Below, piece after piece: positions 53,014 to 64,000 of a stretch of DNA of 64,000 nt. The stretch comes from Lama guanicoe (lineage: Eukaryota): NCBI GenBank assembly GCA_013239625.1, contig MU053594.1, forward strand, positions 398,355 to 462,354, read 5' to 3'. The notes below the pieces were generated by a model, which ran no database searches, was not told the origin of the DNA, and saw nothing but the letters and a program-made list of their open reading frames with translations. The position numbers were made by a program, and so were the translations under genes. The number at the start of each line of letters is the position of its first letter. Position 1 is the stretch's first letter.

Positions 53014-53144
53014 GGACAGAGTGTTTTTTGGCTCAAATGCGGGCACAGAAAGGAGAACTTCTGGAAAGATTATCAAGTGCTAGAAACTTTTCAAACATGG
53101 ATGATGAGGAAAATTATTCCGCAGCAAGTAAAGCGGTCCGGCAG
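53014..53144 (+). CDS. ZW10: ZW10 exon 13
   Basis: (G)[43 protein letters not shown]; 131 nt. Confidence 0.95.
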
Positions 53145-53668
53145 GTGGGAGGCTGTTGTTAGCTCTGGACTTTGTCCTCTTTCTTTAGATGCTCCTCCCT
53201 TGTTTTTCAATCAGCAAAAAAATTTATGACAGCTCAGCTGACTCCCCGCAACCCCAACTGGAAAACGTGGGTCCCATGTTTACGACCTTTCCCTTCCCCG
53301 GCTCCACCAATTCAGTAGGAAGCTGTCTTTCCATCAAGCCAGTAGAGTGAGTAGTTACCCAGAGAGTCTGTCATAGCAAGTGTTTAACCCATGAACTAGG
53401 GTTTGGGAAATTTTAAATACTAGCTTTCGTCTTAAAAAAAAAATGCCTCTCTCTTCTAAGTGACTTGTCTTTTTGCTGCAGTTTTCCCATCCTCAGGATG
53501 AGTCTGTTTTTCATCTAGCTGGGAGATCACTCAGGTTAGATATTCAAGAAGCACATACCTTTATATAACGCCTCTTCTCCCATACACACACAAATGGTAA
53601 TTGTAAATCAAGAAAATAGGAGCTGTAACAATCTCTCTTCCACATAAACAGCTGTGTTCTTCTGACAG

Positions 53669-53800
53669 GTACTGCACCAACTAAAGCGACTTGGAGTTGT
53701 GTGGCAGGATGTCCTGCCAGTGAATATATACTGCAAGGCTATGGGGACTTTACTCAATACAGCAATTTCTGAGATCATCGGCAGAGTGACTGCCCTAGAG
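53669..53800 (+). CDS. ZW10: ZW10 exon 14
   Basis: [44 protein letters not shown]; 132 nt. Confidence 0.95.
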
Positions 53801-54565
53801 GTAAGGACTGTTCGATGCCTCGCCAGACTGGAGATGCAATTCTTGTCCCAGATGGTCACTTTGCTGAGACAGTCATGTTGAAGTCTCATTTTCAGTCAAC
53901 ACAGGTGGTAGAAGAAATTGTTCGTGTCTCATGTCTCACTCATTGTACTGTTATTTTTTCACGTATGCCTTAATTCTGTTTTGCTGAAGACCTGCTAATC
54001 TCTGTCTTTAAACCTGTGTAAGACAGTGGGATTATACTGCTGCTTCATCTGATATCGTGTAAATTGTAAATGAAGAGGTTGGAAGCGGGGCAGTGGTTCC
54101 AAAATGTAAAGTACGAAGTTACATATTTACGTAATATGTAAGTGAACTAAATAATTTCATGCAGTAAAGTGGGGTGCAGCCTTGTGTTGTGTGCCGCTTC
54201 ACCAATACACTGTTGTAGTTGGGATTGTATGTGTGATGATCCTACAGGAAAGTTGCCTGGCCTCTGCCAACTGATACCTTGCTTGTAATAACATCTTACT
54301 TGCAATAACATCCCCTGCTTTGCAGCAAGCTGTGCCACATTCTACTGGAGAAATAGGCTCTTCCATGCAGACAAACTAAAGTACCGACAATCTGTTGAAA
54401 CATACTTTGTGTCATTCTAGCTTTAGGAGTGTTGTCAGCACTGATGGAATCTGGTGTCTAGTAAGATGTGCTAAATTGTTTGGAAAACATCTTGCTGTGG
54501 CTGACCCCCTGGATAGCATGCACCAGAGATCTGCTCTTAACTTACTACTAAGCTGGCCCAATTCT

Positions 54566-55457
54566 TTTTTTTTTAGGTGTTTTTTTTTTAAACATTTTTT
54601 TATTGAGTTATAGTCATTTTACAATGTTGTGTCAAATTCCAGTGTAGAGCACAATTTTTTCAGTTATACATGAACATATATATATTCATTGTCACATTTT
54701 TTTTGCTGTGAGCTACCACAAGATCTTGTATATATTTCCCTGTGCTATAAAGTTTAATCTTGTTTATCTGTTCTGCATTTTGAAATCTCAGTCTGTCCCT
54801 TCCCCTCCCCTCCCACTTGGCAACCACAAGTTTGTATTCTGTGTCTATGAGTCTGTTTCTGTTTTGTATGTACGCTTTTTTTTTTTTTTTTTTTAGAAAA
54901 AATTTTAGATTCCACATATGAGTGATCTCATATGGTATTTTTCTTTCTCTTTCTGGCTTACTTCACTTAGTATGATGATCTCCAGGTCCATCCATGTTGC
55001 TGCAAATGGTGTTATGTTGTCGGTTTTTATGGCTGAATAGTATTCCATTGTATAAATATTACCATATCTTCTTTATCCAGTCATCTGTTGATGAACATTT
55101 CGACTGTTTCCATGTCTTGGCTATTGTAAATAGTGCTGCTATAAACATTGGGGTGCAGGTGTCATTTTGAAGTAGGGTTCCTTCTGGATGTATGCCCAGG
55201 AGCGGGAATCCTGGGTCCTATGGTAAGTCTATTCCTAGTCTTTTGAGGAATCTCCATACTGTTTTCCACAGTGGCTGCACCAAACTGCATTCCCACCAGC
55301 AGTGGAGGAGGGCTCCCTTTTCTCCACAGCCTCTCCAGCATTTGTCATTTGTGGACTTTTGAATGATGGCCATTCTGATTGGTGTGAGGTGATACCTCAC
55401 TGTAGTTTTGATTTGCACTTCTCTTGATAATTAGTGATATTGAGCATTTTTTCATGT
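54566..55457 (-). mobile_element. LINE-1 3' fragment (ORF2 C-terminus plus 3' UTR)
   Basis: Minus ORF MQIKTTVRYHLTPIRMAII...[17 protein letters not shown] (L1 ORF2 Cys-rich end); TSD taagctggccca(a/g)ttct at 54549-54565 and 55458-55474. Confidence 0.94.
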
Positions 55458-55505
55458 TAAGCTGGCCCAGTTCTGTTCTGTTCTGTTCCCTTTGTGCAAA
55501 ACCAG

Positions 55506-55708
55506 GACATCTCTACGGAAGATGGTGATAGATTATATTCCTTATGCAAAACAGTGATGGATGAAGGACCCCAAGTATTTGCACCTCTATCTGAAGAAAG
55601 CAAGAACAAGAAATATCAAGAAGAGGTTCCAGTCTATGTGCCAAAATGGATGCCATTCAAAGAATTGATGACGATGTTACAGGCCAACCTGCAAGAAATC
55701 GGGGATCG
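55506..55708 (+). CDS. ZW10: ZW10 exon 15
   Basis: [25 protein letters not shown]...[20 protein letters not shown]; 203 nt. Confidence 0.95.
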
Positions 55709-56859
55709 GTGGGTCAGCCCTTCTGTAGGGTTTATATATCTCATCACAGCCGTGAAAGAGTATTGGTGCCATTGATGGCAATGCTCTTCTCTGTCTCTTA
55801 ACGTTACTCAGGGAAGCTGCACGCTGAGTGGCAGTAGTTGGGGCCTTTGCGGGGTCTGTCATGATGTGGACCTCATTACTGCTTTCTCATGTTCGATGAC
55901 ATAAAGACCTTGTTTCTATTATATTGGTCTTGAACATGTTTTGGCATGCTGTACAGACAGATAACCTTGCATGTAAAAGGTATAACCCTCTGACACCTGG
56001 ATGGAAATTCTTGCCCATTTTAACCAACAGTGGATGCATTTTAAGATTGCCTTGATACGTTAACAGAGAAGTGATTTTTATCTATAAAAATATTCAGCAT
56101 CAAACCATTGTTAGATTGACTAGCAGTTTTCTGCAGGGAGTGAAGTAGTTTTAGAGATTCAGCGTCATACACATAGAGAAGTTTCATCTTTTCTTAAATA
56201 TGGTAGATGATGTGTTTATTTCTACACCATCAGTTAATGTTTCTTTGCCCAGTAATTGTATTCTATGTCATTTCATCCTGAGAGTGCAAAGGTCATTGAT
56301 ACTATGCAAAACAGAATAGACAAGGGTCAGTTACACATCCTTGGATGCTTTTATTATTGTCTTGGTATATTATTAACACCTTGCATAGGGAGCTCACTGA
56401 ACAGACCTTAAGGTCAATATCCATCCCTGTAGCTACTTGTCTCTCTGCTTTAGCTCGGTTAATTGCAGATGCCCGGCGATACCAGTCTGGTCACCCTGGA
56501 TGGGTCTGAGTTGTTCTCAGCAAATATTATCCATTCTAAAACGAGGTAAATGAGATTTTTGCTTGAAAAAAAAACACATTAAAATATCTCTAACTACACT
56601 CAGTACAAAATTTGATTTATTCCTTTTGTTATTTACAAGTCCTTAGTGGGTTATAAGATGTTTTCAGGTAAGACTCCAGAGGGCAGCAGATTAGAATTTT
56701 TCTTTGTGCTATTCCAGGGCCCTCTTGGAGCCCAACAATGATCAGTAATTCTTTGCTATGAGAAAAATTACAGTATTGTTATATCTCAGCTTGTTTTTTT
56801 TCTCAGAGATTTCAGGAAATACAAAGATAATAACTAACCTGAGAAAATTTTTTTTTACT

Positions 56860-58030
56860 GAAAAAAGTACCTTTAGTTTAAACATTCAAAAATTATCAAA
56901 CATACATATGGAGGAGTACAGTATATGCAACATATGTTCACAGTTTAAACAAAGAGTAACATAAATGCTCATGTAGTGATTACCCAGCTTAAGAAAAGTA
57001 TTACCGCTACCTATGTGTACCCTTGTGTACCCTTCTCCAAATGGTCCCCACCAGAACTAACACGATTTTGAATTTTGTGTTACTTCTTTCTTTGCCTTTT
57101 TATAGCTTTACCACATTTGCACATATCCCTAAACAATATAAAGTTTACACTTGCCTGTTTTGAGCTTTCTAAAAATGGTACCTTGTAAAACTTGCTTCTT
57201 TCATTCAAGAAATTCATTCATGAATCTGTGGTTCATTTTCACTGCTGTATCATGTTCTATTTTATACATATTTTAAGTTTTTATTTTTTTAATTGAGTTA
57301 CTGTACAACATTATATTAGTTTCAGATGCGCAACATAGGGATTTGATATGTTTGCACATTATTAAGTGACCAGCACAATAAGGCCAGTTACCATCCATCA
57401 CCAAAGTATTGACTGTACTCTGTGTTTACATTGTATCCCTGTGGCTTATTTATTTTATAGCTTATTTATTTCAATATAGCTTATCCTGTTGCTTCACATT
57501 TTCACCGGTATTTGGTATTATCAGACTTAAAAATTTTTGCTAGATTGTTGCCATGACATGATAGCTCATTGTCATTTTAATTCACATTTCCCTACATGAT
57601 GAGATTGAGCATCTGTTCACTGATCCTTTTTCTTCCATTGTAAAATGTACATTTTTTTTGATACTGGGAATCTATGTCTTTTTTTGAAGTCTAGTTGATG
57701 TACAATATTATATAGGTTACAGGTGTACAGTATAGTGATTCACAATTGTTAAAGGCTATACTCCATTTATAGTTATTCTGAAAGATTGGCTGTATTCCCT
57801 GTGTTGTACACTATGTCCTTGTAGCTTCTTTTATATGTAACAGTTTGTAGCTTTTGGTCCCCTGCTCCTATATTGCTCCTCCCCCAGTAGTCACTAGTGT
57901 GTTCTCTATGTCTGTGAGCTGTTATCATAATTTTTACCCTTTATTCTACTGGATTGTGTGTGATTTCATATGTATTTTTTATACCTGTCTGTTGTCAGTT
58001 AAAACGTGTGGCCCATGGTTCACTTTTTAA
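56860..58030 (-). mobile_element. Cluster of old and nested LINE-1 3' fragments
   Basis: L1 3'-end-like motifs after T-runs near 57280 and 57680 inside older degraded L1-like sequence; boundaries approximate. Confidence 0.6.
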
Positions 58031-58339
58031 AGTACTTACACATCCCATCAGTATATATTGCCGTGTGAGGGTGTGGTCATCATTGTCAAGTTCAAACAGG
58101 GCGGAGTGAGTAGAGAGTAAGGGGGAGCAGTCTTACCTTCCTGACTTGGTCTGTTTGCCCACCTCTGCTGATTCCAAAGCGCAGAAGACATCAAAGCTAT
58201 TGAGAAGGAGAGGATGCCATGTTTTGCTTTATTTCCGTTTAAAACAAATCCATGTTTGGGATCAAGTAAGCAATTTTAAAATCTTGCTTATACTTTAGAG
58301 ACATAATAGGAAATAGAAATTGTATCTTTTATTTTGCAG

Positions 58340-58460
58340 GTGGGCAGACGGAAAAGGGCCCTTGGCAGCTGCATTTTCTTCCAGTGAAGTGAAAGCTTTA
58401 ATTCGTGCCTTGTTCCAGAACACGGAAAGAAGAGCGGCTGCCCTTGCTAAGATTAAATAG
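58340..58460 (+). CDS. ZW10: ZW10 exon 16 (to TAG)
   Basis: (R)[39 protein letters not shown]. Confidence 0.96.
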
Positions 58461-58919
58461 CTCCATCCTCCTGAGAAGGCTGTGTCTTGACTATGTGGAT
58501 TCCTCTGTTGGCGTAATTACTCCTTTAAAGGCTTCTTGGAATCACCTCCTGGTTTTGGTGAACTAATCTATTCTGGAAGCTTGATTTCACCCAAGAACAC
58601 CGTACCTCATGGCTTGTACTAGGCTTTGTTGCAGAAATGGATGTTAAGATGTCAAGTGAAGCACCTCGGTTTGCTGACTTTTTAGCTACCCTCCCGTGAT
58701 GAGAAACTGCGGGGCAGCATGATCTCATGCTGCTTCCAGGACCCTCTGGGAACTGTGTCCATTGAAAATAACCAGCCCGGGCCTCGGATCAAGGAATCCA
58801 GGACATTGCACGAGTCAGGGTAAAGAATTCGTGAGCAAATGGGAGATGTATTTTGGAGGATAAGGGAACCATATTTGGCCTTGCAGGAATTAAGGAGACT
58901 TCCTCTAATATTTCTTTCC

Positions 58920-58925
58920 AATAAA
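58920..58925 (+). terminator. ZW10: Probable ZW10 polyadenylation signal
   Basis: AATAAA about 460 nt after the stop, with a GT-rich tract downstream. Confidence 0.7.
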
Positions 58926-61900
58926 TAATGCTTTTCAGAGTTAAGGGTGAGTGTCTTTAATAACATGGGAGCTTGGACAGAAGAGACCGTCACATTCTCC
59001 TGTCTTCTGTGCCATCCTTTTTACTGACATTTATGATCCTCACAGAGGACTTGCTCACTACCCTGTTCTTCATAACACTATCTGATAATTTCTCAGCATT
59101 CTTAGGACTCCTAGGTCTTTCTTTCAGTATAAATTTTTGGCACTTTTTGCTATTTCAACTAAATTCTATTTTATTGGTTGGATTTTTTTTTTCCTGGCCT
59201 CTCAGGTTCCTGTTTCTGTACCAAACGGCAAAGGTTGTAAATTGCCAAGGGTCCTTTGGCATGTATGTGCTTTGAGATGCTAACTGTGGGCTTTGTGGCC
59301 TAATCCTTTATTTGGTGGACGTGGGTAGGTGATCCTTCAGCTCAACTTTTTGTCTTAACTCTTTGCAGCCATCGGAGGTGTATATTATATTAAAGTTATT
59401 CTCTGTAGGACGCTGGACTGTATCTCTTCATACTGAAATACGATTTCCTCTTGTGTAAAGAGGGTAGAAAGTGTGATCTTTCTGTGCCTGGGAGGAGGTG
59501 CTGTCTGGAGGAAGTTTGCAGTAAAGTGATCTGCTTCCCTAGGCTTCAAGCCCCGCAAACCCTGACCCACAGAGAACCAAGTGTTTTTCTTCCTGCCGGA
59601 AGTGTTCTGCCCTCGCTTTCTTGTTCTTAGGGCTCAGCCCCTGGACATTCTGGTTGCTTAGTTTTTCTTCTGCCTTTTTAGGGGTCATAGAATGAATCAG
59701 AAAGAAGGCTGGTTTCTTTTTATAACAGAACTCAGCTGTGGTTAATGACAAGTTGTCTGTACTCAACATATCTTACTCTGAGAACACATGGAAAAAAGTA
59801 TCGCCCCGACCAACTTGAGTTTTTTGTGAACAAAGAGGTTGTCTTTGTTGAGAGGCTGAAGGGACCATTTTCACAGGTGAAGAAAATGCCTGTTCTTGAA
59901 AATTCCCACATCTCCAGCAGCGTTCTGTTGTCAGCAACTGTGAGGCTGGGGAACTGAGCACAGAACTGAAGTAAACGCATTGCAGGACGGCTACGCACGC
60001 AGCTTGCTTTTGTTCAGAGCAGCTAGCTATTCCTGTTGCTTGACAGGGACAGCCATTTGGGGGCGGGGTCTCTTGTAACTGCAAAGCGTGTGCCTCCCTC
60101 CCTCCCTGCCTCCCCCCATTAGCACAAAAACTGCGTCACGGTCCTGAGGCTGTGTAGACGGCACCCCCAGGACTCCTTCCTCTAACGGGCAGTTAGTGTG
60201 TCACAGCGCACAGAGCGCGCGGACTCCGTCCGCTCCCCTGGCCAGGGCAGTTGCTAGCTCGTGATTAAGTTAGGGATGAGCCATCCGACTGAGCGGCCTG
60301 GGAGCTGGATCTGGCAGCTCCCCCGGGGACCTTGAAGGTACCTGCCCTGATAGGGGGCCTGAGTTGGAATGGGAGCGGAACCTTCTCTAGAAGGAGGATG
60401 TGGATGATGGGAGGAAAGGACGTTGACTCATTGAGCGGACCTGAAGGCCGCCCAGAAGACACCGCTTCCTGGATAACAACCAGGACTATGCAGCTGACTG
60501 GGAAATGAAATTCAAGAATGGTTCCCCCAAATTTTAGTCAAAAGGCAAGTTTTTGTTAAAAAGGCAAGTCTGCCAAAAACCTAAATCCCCGAGGTGACTT
60601 ACAGTGGCTGCTGTGACAGCGTGGGTCCTGAACTGCCCTGTTCCGTGGTCAGCTTGGCCCTGGATTTCTCTCTGGGATGCAGCTCCTCCAGATGGCACTC
60701 TTCCCTCAGGCCTGGGAGCATCACAGGCATCCAGGGCCGATGGCTGGAAACGGAAGCCAGGGAGCCTGTCCTCTTCACCCTGGGCTTCTGCTCTGGCCTC
60801 AGCCAGCCCAGAAGGGTGACCCAGGCTCTGCATGCATCTGTGTTATAAACAGCAACGTATCTCCGAACCGTCACTCGTGAATAGATCAAACTGTTTTCTT
60901 TGATTGATAGCAAGATAAAGGATTAAAAGATGCACTTAAAGCAACCCCTTCAGGGGGTTTCATTCTATTGTTTATCTGATTTCCCGAGATTATGTCTATC
61001 TTCTGGAAGTTCTGAGAGGTACTTACGCACACATCCCCTGGGGTGTTTTTGTCATAAGAAACCTGGCCCACAGGAGTAGTCTGCCCAAGCGCCACATCTG
61101 GTTTGCGCAGTGGAGAAATGAGGGCATGTATAGGAGTGACTTCTTAGCAAAGGGAGGTAGCTGTCAGCTCAGGAAGGGATAAGGCTATTGGAAATTGCTT
61201 CACATACAAAAAAGTCTTGGTACAAAGCAGTCTTTTTAAATTGGGTTTTGATGCTCACATTCTTCCTAATCACAGAACTGGCTTTGAAGACTGGTTTTGT
61301 GATAACTTCCTCCTAAAAATACGCATTTTGCTAAAGCCTAAGATTTCCTGAAAGTTACAAAGCTCCAATTTTCAGAAGTTTTTCAGTTATATGATTTAGA
61401 CAGAAATTCCTCACTTTGTGATGAGGAGTTTGGTTAAGAATTTAGTGGGAGGTCATGTGATGTAACTGGAGATAGCCTTAGATGTCTCAAAACCTTGTTA
61501 TGAAACGTCTGCCTCGAGTTTGGGGAGGAGGGCAATAATTTTGATGAGCTATGTATAAGTTCTTCACTCCTCCTCAGGAATCAGGTGCCCCAGATTTCTT
61601 GAGAGGGTGGGGTGGGAGTGGATGGGTCTCAGTTAGCTACTCTAGCTACTGAAGAAGACTCTAGTCCCAAGGCCAGAGGCACCTACTCCCTCTCTTGTCT
61701 CAGCCTTATAAGTGGTTCTAAAACTTCCTACATTGATTCTGCATTGCTCTAGTCACTGAACACTCCTCCCCCCAAAACACCCCAAATCCCGTTTCTCTGG
61801 CGATTTAAATTCTGGTGATAAAGACAGATATATAATCAACATAAAATAAGTAAATTAGATAGTATGTTTGAAGATTGTAAGTGTGTGGAAAAAGTAAACA

Positions 61901-64000
61901 CAGGGTGATAAATTTGAACTCCTCTGGAGTTCTAGGGCTGGAGGAAAGAGAAGTGAGCTGACATTCTGAACAGGATGGTCAGAGCACGCCTCCCTGAGAA
62001 GGGGGGTAAGCTGTGTGGATATCCGGGTGCAGACAGAGCGACCAGCCCTTGCAAAGCCCTAAGGTGGGAGGGATGTGCCTGGTGAAGGAGCAGTAGAGAG
62101 TGAGGGCGAGAGGAGGAGGAAAGGAGGGTAGAGATGTAACAGGAGAGGAGGGGGCAAGGTTGTGCAGGCCATTATAGTGATTTTGGTGTTTTTTTTTTAA
62201 CTCTGAGTCAAATGGGAAATCTTTAGTGGCTTCAGTTTTTTTTTTAAAAAGAATATGTATATAAAAGAGAAAGTAGTGTGGGGAGCCCCTAGGTACCCAC
62301 CACCCATCTTCAGCAATTGTGAGGATACAGCCAGTCTTGTTTCATTGGTACCCCTCCTCTCCCCGCCCTCCCCGTTGCTCCCACAAACACACGCTCAATT
62401 GTTGAAGCAGATGACATATGATTTTCAACCCAGGGCTCATTCCTGTGAAAAGTCTGAATTTTGTGTCTTGTGGGGCTTTCTCTTTTTGCATCTTTCTTTC
62501 GGCCCTTGTCATCCCCCCTCTCCTCTGCCCGCAGGGGTTGTCTTCTAGCTGCCTGCCTCCTCCCCTTTCCCCCCAACCTCAGCTCTCTACTCAGGCTCAC
62601 CCTGCAACCGCCCCACTCCCATTCCCTGAACACAGGGTGTTAAATCACAAATGCCTCAAGTGCAGTTGACGGCTGACCTGCCACCACTTCCCCTTTGTTT
62701 CCTTCTTCCCTCTGCCCAGCGCTTGCTCCAGCCACCCTGACCCCATCGTTTCTGAGTGTTCAGAAGGTGCCCAGAGAAGACTCCTCTTACTGATTATTTC
62801 ATCAGAGAGGAGACCTCCTATCCGCTTAGAACCAGATTCTCCCGGGTTCCTTTCCCAGAGACTCCCAGGAGACACGGTGACCAAGCTCTAACTAGTGGGT
62901 CCTAGGACTGGGTGTTGGCGGGAGTCTGGGACTGGCTTGGTTCAAGGCAGTGCAGCTAACTCCCTTCCCTAAGGTCTGTCTGGGGGCAGTGGCGTCAGGA
63001 GTGGAACTGGCTTCTGTCTCCCATTCCCACTCTCTGACTTTAGAAATGCTGCCTTAAAAGAATACAAATTGTTTTCATGTGCATGACGGGCTCCATATAT
63101 GCTTGATTAATTACCATGTGGTAAAATACAAATTATGCACAACATTAAATGTGTCAGATTAACTGTTAGAAATTTCATTTAATTTCCATACTAAGCTCTC
63201 TTCCTAAATGCACAGTCTAAATAGTTTGCCGTATCTGTATCTACATTATTATTGCTTAAAACTAAAAAAATTAGGACTTCTTGCTCACCAGCTATTTAGT
63301 AGTCTTTTGTAGAATTAACTTTAATCACAGTGGTCTAAAGTAGCTGTAGGTCTTTTGCCCCTTTTTGGAAAACTGGGACACTTGCTCATTGCAAGGGCTA
63401 AGTAACCTGGTTTTGTGATTACATCTGAAGGTTCTCTTAAGTCCCATGGGGTAGGATTCATCTGAGTCTAGAACTGTGAACTCATTTAAAACCCAGGTTT
63501 TCTTTCTCTATCTTTTCACCTATCTCAGGCTTCATTTTCCTCTCAGATATGTTGGTTCTAGCCTTTCCAGGTGGAAGATAATGCTCCCTGATAGGAACAT
63601 GGAAGCAAAGTAGGGTCTGAGTTGTTCGGTTTTCTCTGTGTCACTTTAAAAAATTAAACTCCACAGGATTTAAAGACTGAATTTTTATCACAGATCTAAA
63701 TGTTAACAGAACATCCTAAAAAAAGGTGTTTAACACTCAGTGTTTTCCTGATTATAAAGGTAACACACGCTCATGCCAGACAGTCTGCAACATTCTGTGT
63801 GTCATTTTTTTCAACATCACATTATCAGCTCCAAGTATAGCCCAACTCTTTTTCTTCCTTTTCTTTCACTGACCATACTCCCTCCCTGTCCCCTCAAATT
63901 CCTTGAAATAATATTTTTTCAAAACTTCAGCATATTCTGGGCTTTGATCTTCCCCACGCTATATTTTCATGTTTTTGTTATTGTTGCAGCCACACTCCTG

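Noticed and set aside
61000..64000. Start of TMPRSS5 expected from synteny
   Set aside because: No recognisable exon inside the window

Overview
Mammalian genomic DNA, probably a camelid judging by five tRNA-Ala-derived Vic-1-like SINEs (inference). It carries the conserved USP28-CLDN25-ZW10 block. The 3' part of USP28 is on + (12 intact coding exons from 1023 to the stop at 17907, plus one frameshifted cassette exon). Single-exon CLDN25 is on - (26010-26699, 229 aa). ZW10 is complete on + (16 exons, 30593-58460, 2340 nt = 779 aa) with a CpG promoter holding a ZNF143-type motif. Introns contain antisense L1 pieces and SINEs with readable target-site duplications, and older MER5/MER20/MER44/L2 relics. 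I found no convincing novel biological system. The best leads concern splicing: a 185-nt USP28 cassette exon that is 1 nt short of frame, an upstream acceptor that would add an in-frame stop before the next cassette exon, a perfect cryptic 5' splice site inside ZW10 exon 10, and an L1 insertion at the likely branch point of ZW10 exon 15. Gene identities and comparisons with human come from memory of the proteins, not from a database search.
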